Assembly (NCBI GenBank): GCA_938085445.1 | Contig: CALKGR010000001.1 | Span: forward strand, 32,001 to 96,000 | Length of the DNA stretch: 64,000 bases | Direction of reading: 5' to 3' | Source of the DNA: an uncultured Rubripirellula sp. | GTDB taxonomy: Bacteria; Planctomycetota; Planctomycetia; Pirellulales; Pirellulaceae | Part shown: positions 59,201 to 64,000 of the stretch, one piece after another | Layout: the number at the start of each line of letters is the position of its first letter | How positions within the stretch are numbered: position 1 is the first letter of the stretch | Made by a program: the position numbers and the translations under genes | Notes under the pieces: model-generated | What the model saw: only the letters and a program-made list of their open reading frames with translations | What the model was told of the DNA's origin: nothing | Database searches by the model: none

Positions 59201-59398
59201 ATCAGCCAAGAGTGACTCAGCCTGAAAATCAGTCAAAGTTCCCTTCACCATAAGAAACTTGGCCAAGTCACTGCTATCGCTTGGCGGGGTGCCAGCATTT
59301 GCATCAGCGTATTCACCTGCTATCTGCTTGCAGCCCGAGGCATCAACAATGCCCGACTTGACCAGCCCTTTCCAGAATTCGCCCAGCGCGATCGACAT
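56207..59398 (-). CDS. Membrane Hanks-type Ser/Thr kinase-like protein (probable pseudokinase) with large extracytoplasmic region
   Basis: C-lobe motifs YAAPE, TDIYALGC, LATGRFP, KNPASRF; degenerate catalytic loop LVHGAVRAEH; single TM PLVLGAMCVAILLLVIGLLV. Confidence 0.85.
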   Translation of the reverse strand: MSIALGEFWKGLVKSGIVDASGCKQIAGEYADANAGTPPSDSSDLAKFLMVKGTLTDFQAESLLADPPREIRSGNYVVRAQKGPKPLPRWIPVSRIDDGRLGVLFRVAADQFIGGRDQWLQAHQEVETASLQTFEDETQQAWTLIFSELPRGQALSSSIKEGACFSQRQVCEFGIALANALAAMHQRPLVHGAVRAEHVWLGSDGNVLLLRDPSGPPQGIEENQSGWFDGDEAVGLYAAPEFSQPDQDCNAATDIYALGCLLFRLATGRFPVDGESTPKLIKAQASVTPPELAEAVKKAEAGDPLYRVLAFAMAKNPASRFAAAEQLSNALTALLPLVSSKVPNKTLPNKTVADITAIPGSATEHNFQVANRSTVEVNQASTISEPPASKDIPVVEVVQEARGKTGDRKAAGNVDVTAAEVDQKANRIPRGAGGQTVSTIDSSKTSPDAVPESTSASKEVASNRKRVSAVNGSSEPPGPPPVAGEASAPKQRSRRKKKSKAPLVLGAMCVAILLLVIGLLVPRSAEEKTAEKNRMRPPAPAVIPRVSNREREDEDNGTKRNETQEGTSTPKRQTTGYQLIDDDRLLYVPPYAADAEKASLEYLPPGPAMIASLRVASIVESNIGGQVIEVFSPDLDALISRIAERAVVPVDSIQTCGLALHPGKEGWPEVSLSIQLKDPVPAKDLLEKWKVAAARTAEGVTIYAGDSPESDAYYFEGKEDDPVSRFAIGSVAKISEVAEMEGASILLPRNSQAMWDTTSAESDIVVLFASPNFLFADGRELLSNSLPGLVDPLKSALQPDVSAMLVSVNFGSEQMFIETRLTPSGGASPAALVRMLQEEIGGWPDWADEFIINSVPDASWRLLANRLRPMVNFVAEKVRFGVSEEMAIANAYLPAQAVPQVTLATVLALNTPEGGAVASGGPVSKKTLSIEELLNRKMSVTFEQESLEFAIDNIVTAYERDLPSGSKLPNIRIVGGDLQLMGITQNQQVRNFTQTNIPLRQVLTELLRLANPDKTATGPDDEKQALIWVVTDDAKKPGTKEILVTTRNSAKGKYELPSEFKLK

Positions 59399-59503
59399 AC
59401 AACTTTTTCAATCAAACGAAGATTTCAACCTAAAGAAACTTAATCTCTATTCTACGCCATGATCAGGCTTTCGCCGACCTCATCCCGAAAGGGCTGGTCA
59501 AGT
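59356..59503. repeat. Perfect 17-bp inverted repeat spanning the kinase-like gene start
   Basis: ACTTGACCAGCCCTTTC (59356-59372) and GAAAGGGCTGGTCAAGT (59487-59503). Confidence 0.9.
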
Positions 59504-59822
59504 TCACCACAACTGATTGCCTATTGGTGGATATTTCGCAGCCAACTGCGGTCTTCGCAAGCAAAATCCCATCTTTGAGGACTGCGCTATCGGCACTAAA
59601 CTGTTTCCATCGCGAAACGCCAAACTGCTCGGCAGGCTGCTCCTGCGGCAGCCGATGCATCATGCAGATACAGGTCAAAGTAGACGAATAGTGATCTAGG
59701 CCTGCAGTAAAGCATGCAATCTAGCTCATACGAGTATCTTGTTTGGCAACCAGCAGAACCGCGATAACCTGTAAATCCTCATCAGCCAGATCTTCGCGGC
59801 ACTCGAGATACGAGAAACAGAA

Positions 59823-61325
59823 GTGAACATCGTTTATCTCACAACCGAAGCCGTACCGTTCGCAAAAACGGGGGGATTGGCAGACGTATGCGGCACTCTT
59901 CCCTCGCGTGTTGCCGAACTGGGGCATCGCACAGCCATTATCATGCCAGCTTTTCGTAGCGTCCACCAAAGTCATGCGGGCGTTGAACCTACAGACATCA
60001 GTTTCGCCATCCCAATGAGTCCCCGAAAACTTGTGGGATGCCGACTGCTGCGAGGGAAACTGCCCAGTGCACAGGATGTTCCGGTCTGGTTCATCGATCA
60101 ACCTCAATATTTTGACCGCGAATCGCTCTATGGAACCGCCACAGGTGACTATCCGGATAACGCCGAAAGGTTTTCATTTTTCTGCCGAGCCGCCATCCAA
60201 GCTATCCAAAGGATTGGCTGGAACTTTGATATCGTGCATTGCAATGATTGGCAAACTGGACCGGTACCATCAATGTTGGCTGCGGACCAACATCTTTCGC
60301 CCGCATTGAAGAATCACGCAACGGTGATGACGATTCACAACTTGGCGTACCAAGGCAACTTTCCCAAATCAGAATTTGAATGGACCGGACTTGATTGGCA
60401 ACATTTTAATCATGACGAATTTGAGTTTTATGACCGCGTCAATTTCCTGAAGGCCGGAATTGTGGCCGCTGACACCATTACAACTGTCAGCCCCAGATAC
60501 TCCGAGGAGATTCGGACCAAAGAGCACGGTTGTGGATTGGAAGCAGTACTTGAAAACGTTTCTGGTCGCATTTCGGGGATTACCAATGGCATTGACCAGA
60601 GTATCTGGAATCCAAAAACAGATACCAAGCTGGTTGCCAACTACGACGTGAAGTCCTGGCAGCAAGGAAAACTAGCGAACAAGCGAGCCTTGCAGCAACA
60701 ATTCGCTCTTGAACAGAGCGATGAAGTACCAATGATTGGTTTGGTTGGTCGCTTGGCAGAGCAAAAAGGTTGGGATCTGATCCTGCCGGTCCTCCGTTGG
60801 CATCTTGACGGGAATCGTCCGACGCAGTGGATCGTACTGGGAAGTGGCGATGCTCGATTCGAGCATGAACTGCGGGCTTTGCAAGAGAAACACCCGGATC
60901 GTTTCGCGTTGCATGTGGGATTCAGTGATATGCTGGCGCATAGGATCGAGGCCGGTTCAGATATTTTCGTAATGCCAAGCCACTACGAACCGTGCGGACT
61001 AAACCAACTTTACAGCATCCGCTATGGAACCATTCCAGTCGTTACGCCAACAGGCGGTCTGGCAGATACCGTCATTGACTGCAATGAGAATTCAGTTGCG
61101 AATAAAAAAGCAACAGGCTTTCACCTGCACAGCATTTCACCTCAAGGGCTTGATGATGCGATCGGGCGGGCGTTGCATCTCCGCTACCATCATCCAGTGC
61201 AATGGGCAAATTTAGTTGAAACTGGCATGGCACAGGATTGGTCATGGAAGAAAAGTGCGAGGGAATACGAATCGCTCTATGCAAAAACGTTAGCCCTTAA
61301 GTCTGCTGCAAAGTGGACTGAGTGA
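59823..61325 (+). CDS. glgA: Glycogen synthase (GT5)
   Basis: PFAKTGGLADV, HCNDWQ, TIHNLAYQG, TVSPRY, NGID, RLAEQKG, PSHYEPCGLNQ, TGGLADTV. Confidence 0.96.
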   Translation: MNIVYLTTEAVPFAKTGGLADVCGTLPSRVAELGHRTAIIMPAFRSVHQSHAGVEPTDISFAIPMSPRKLVGCRLLRGKLPSAQDVPVWFIDQPQYFDRESLYGTATGDYPDNAERFSFFCRAAIQAIQRIGWNFDIVHCNDWQTGPVPSMLAADQHLSPALKNHATVMTIHNLAYQGNFPKSEFEWTGLDWQHFNHDEFEFYDRVNFLKAGIVAADTITTVSPRYSEEIRTKEHGCGLEAVLENVSGRISGITNGIDQSIWNPKTDTKLVANYDVKSWQQGKLANKRALQQQFALEQSDEVPMIGLVGRLAEQKGWDLILPVLRWHLDGNRPTQWIVLGSGDARFEHELRALQEKHPDRFALHVGFSDMLAHRIEAGSDIFVMPSHYEPCGLNQLYSIRYGTIPVVTPTGGLADTVIDCNENSVANKKATGFHLHSISPQGLDDAIGRALHLRYHHPVQWANLVETGMAQDWSWKKSAREYESLYAKTLALKSAAKWTE

Positions 61326-61460
61326 CTCTAGCAGTAAAAAGCTCTGCAATTCTCCATTCTCGCTGCGAGGATTTGAACAAATGGGGTACGATTTTGTCTC
61401 AGAATTAAGAGATGTACATTTGAGCGACAAGGCAATTTGCTCAGCACTGCGGAGTGCCCC

Positions 61461-62660
61461 ATGGTCGAGGCATCAAAGCCGAACACACTATCAACTTCGT
61501 CCAGCCCTCCCTCACAAGGGACTGGAGAATCACGCTTTGACCCCGTCACGGGCAACTGGACTCTTTTTGCTCCTTACCGCGCAGAGCGTCCCGAGGAGTT
61601 TGTAGAATCCCGCCAACGGATACGTAAACAGATCGCATGCCCGTTTTGCCCGGGGAACGAGAGCACAACCCCACCCGCTGTCTGGATCGGCCATCCGGAA
61701 AATCACGAACCAGTAAACGCAGAGCGACAGCCAACAACTGAACTGCCACGGCAAGAATCTGCGGTAGAAGGTGACTGGGCAGTTCGTGTTGTGCCCAATA
61801 AATTCCCAGCAGTAACAGCGGTTAACAGCGTCCGGGAAAAAGACAGCACTTCCTACACGCATCCACAGCGCTTGTCAGGAAACTGTTCTACCTCTACGAC
61901 AGATTCGACACTTTTTCAAAGACGACCAATTGCGGGTGGCCACGAAGTCTTCATCGAATCGCGTAACCATGTCCAATCAATCACTGAACTGGATGTTGCT
62001 GAGGCCGCGCTTGTTTTCAAAGCATATCGCGACCGTCTTCTGCATTGGCGTGATGTACCTGAAATTGCCTACATCAGCACTTTTAAGAATGTAGGAAGCA
62101 AAGCTGGAGCATCTCTGAGTCACACACACAGCCAACTAATCGCTACGGATCGAATCCCACCCATGGTGGCGACCGTGGCAGAACGCATGTCAAATCATCG
62201 TCTCACAATGGGAAGCTGTCTGCACTGTGACCTTGTACGTGCTGAATTGAAGGCAAAGAAAAGAATCATCTGGCGAGATAAATCGCTGATCGCGTTTTGT
62301 CCTTTTTCCAGTCATCTGCCATTCCTTGTACGAATCACGACGTTGGCACATCAGCCCTGCTACGAGGACCTCACAGAATCCAACATCGAATCAATTTCAC
62401 GTCTGGTGAGACGCGTTGTTGCATGGATTGAAAAGTTGTTTCCGGGCACGGCCTACAACTTCTGCCTTCATACACGCCCACCGGGCTGCAACGATCCTTC
62501 AGATGCCTACCACTGGACTATCGAGATTTTCCCGCGGATGACACAAGTCGCCGGTTTTGAATTCAGCAGTCATTGCATGATCAACCCTGTACTACCTGAG
62601 GATGCGGCAACCCAGCTTCGAAGTCGTGCATTAGCAGAAGATCCACGACTCATACTCTGA
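61461..62660 (+). CDS. GalT-family nucleotidyltransferase (Gal-1-P uridylyltransferase / ADP-glucose phosphorylase-like)
   Basis: RFDPVTG, RAERP, CPFCPGNE, VVPNKFP, GHEV, FKNVG...AGASLSHTHSQ (HxHxQ), AGFE, INPVLPE; SD GGAG before ATG 61461. Confidence 0.88.
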   Translation: MVEASKPNTLSTSSSPPSQGTGESRFDPVTGNWTLFAPYRAERPEEFVESRQRIRKQIACPFCPGNESTTPPAVWIGHPENHEPVNAERQPTTELPRQESAVEGDWAVRVVPNKFPAVTAVNSVREKDSTSYTHPQRLSGNCSTSTTDSTLFQRRPIAGGHEVFIESRNHVQSITELDVAEAALVFKAYRDRLLHWRDVPEIAYISTFKNVGSKAGASLSHTHSQLIATDRIPPMVATVAERMSNHRLTMGSCLHCDLVRAELKAKKRIIWRDKSLIAFCPFSSHLPFLVRITTLAHQPCYEDLTESNIESISRLVRRVVAWIEKLFPGTAYNFCLHTRPPGCNDPSDAYHWTIEIFPRMTQVAGFEFSSHCMINPVLPEDAATQLRSRALAEDPRLIL

Positions 62661-63041
62661 ACAACCACACGAACCCTGACGGGTGATGCAACTGGTGAAA
62701 CACCTGTGGGAATTGATTTTCAGGTAATTGGTTCAGTGAAAACACTCATTAGCCAAACCTTGTGCTTTGTGATCAGGCTGCAGCCCTTGCCTTCCCACTC
62801 CGATAGACCCTACAAATCCAATGAACTTCCAATGAACTTGGGTGCCCATTGGAACTGATACGTAAATTATGGAAACGCGTTCAACTGCGCAAACGAGGCC
62901 AATAATAGGAGTCATGTCTGGTTTCATTGACCAAGTTTGCAAGGTGCCCAGACATAAACTTGAAAATCATATTTGGCGATGAATCTCTGACTTATACAAT
63001 CATCGCTTGTCGACCAGACGACTCAAACTGATATTAATAAA

Positions 63042-64000
63042 ATGACGCTGCACGCATCTCTATGTCTCGTTCTGCACAACCATCAGCCAATCGGAAATTT
63101 TGATGGGGTATTTGAGCAGGCTTACCAAGACAGCTACTTGCCATTTTTGGATGTGTTTGAACCGTACGACCAATTGCGGATTTCACTGCACACATCTGGC
63201 CCATTGATGATGTGGCTCGCTGAGCGACATCCGGAGTATCTGGATCGCGTTCGGATGCTGGTTGACGTGGGTCGGATCGAAATCATTGGCGGCCCTCAGT
63301 ATGAGCCAATTCTTACCATGCTGCCGTCGCGGGACAGGGTTGGTCAGATTCAGGCGTATAGTGCTTGGCTCGAACGCAATCTGGGCGCCGCTCCCTCTGG
63401 AATGTGGATGCCAGAACGGGTTTGGGAATCATCGCTCGCGAGCGATCTTGTTGATGCGGGTATCAGCTACACAGTCCTGGACGACTTTCATTTCCGGGCA
63501 GCTGGACTCGAGGATTCAAGCCTGTCCAGCTACTACCTGACCGAAGACGATGGTCGCGTTCTCAGAATTTTCCCTGGCTCGGAGCATCTCCGGTATACCA
63601 TTCCTTTTCAACCGGCCAGCGAGACGATTGATTACTGCCGCGAGGTCGCGGAAAAATCACCAGGAGCCATCCTGACGTTTGGTGACGATGGTGAAAAATT
63701 TGGCACTTGGCCCGATACCAAGACGCATGTTTATGACGACGGATGGCTACGTTCATTCTTCGACGCTCTCACCGACAATGCAGATTGGCTCCAAACGGCG
63801 ACTCTTGGTCAGGCTGTTGAACAGACCGCAGCAGCAGGAAAAATCTACTTACCGGACTGCAGCTACCGTGAAATGACTGAGTGGGCATTGCCAATCAGAG
63901 CGCAGACGCAATTCGAAGATGTGGTGCATGCCTTGGAAGACCACCAAAGGTGGAAAGATCTGAAATCATTCGTTCGAGGTGGCTATTGGCGGAATTTCAA
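63042..64000 (+). CDS. Glycoside hydrolase family 57 (alpha-amylase/4-alpha-glucanotransferase), truncated by the window end
   Basis: Read by hand: [20 protein letters not shown]...SYLPFL...HTSGPL...YEPIL...[10 protein letters not shown]...LDDFHF...LRYTIPF...GDDGEKFG. Open to the window edge and absent from the ORF track. Confidence 0.92.
   Translation, partial: MTLHASLCLVLHNHQPIGNFDGVFEQAYQDSYLPFLDVFEPYDQLRISLHTSGPLMMWLAERHPEYLDRVRMLVDVGRIEIIGGPQYEPILTMLPSRDRVGQIQAYSAWLERNLGAAPSGMWMPERVWESSLASDLVDAGISYTVLDDFHFRAAGLEDSSLSSYYLTEDDGRVLRIFPGSEHLRYTIPFQPASETIDYCREVAEKSPGAILTFGDDGEKFGTWPDTKTHVYDDGWLRSFFDALTDNADWLQTATLGQAVEQTAAAGKIYLPDCSYREMTEWALPIRAQTQFEDVVHALEDHQRWKDLKSFVRGGYWRNF

Noticed and set aside
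1..64000. Prophage, IS, integron or anti-phage defence island
   Set aside because: No integrase, transposase, phage structural or recognisable defence genes, and no obvious compositional break by eye.

Overview
This is a roughly 50% GC bacterial chromosomal window that looks like a planctomycete (Pirellulaceae-like). That assignment is inferred from gene families: tandem PQQ-type beta-propellers, ThuA/DUF1080, a Tat-exported NHL protein, a Cys-rich secreted repeat protein and a long ACP. It holds about 50 CDSs, and I found no rRNA, tRNA, CRISPR array or recognisable mobile element. Housekeeping genes are sucA, purQ, comM, tex, trkH, dnaE2, lpxB, panD, hemB and glgA, plus a GH57 gene that runs off the right edge and is missing from the ORF track. 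The most notable observations are: (1) a secreted 41-Cys EEPACGC-repeat protein with a ~350-nt densely structured leader and a strong terminator; (2) an accessory type II fatty-acid cluster with an enlarged ACP and a catalytic/non-catalytic FabZ pair; (3) a perfect 17-bp inverted repeat pairing the leader of a membrane pseudokinase gene with its own early coding sequence; (4) a palindromic SOS-box candidate upstream of an orphan dnaE2; (5) a non-phosphorylatable receiver protein with a CxxC motif. All functional calls come from motif recognition by eye, with no database search. Several start codons were moved downstream of the ORF-track starts.
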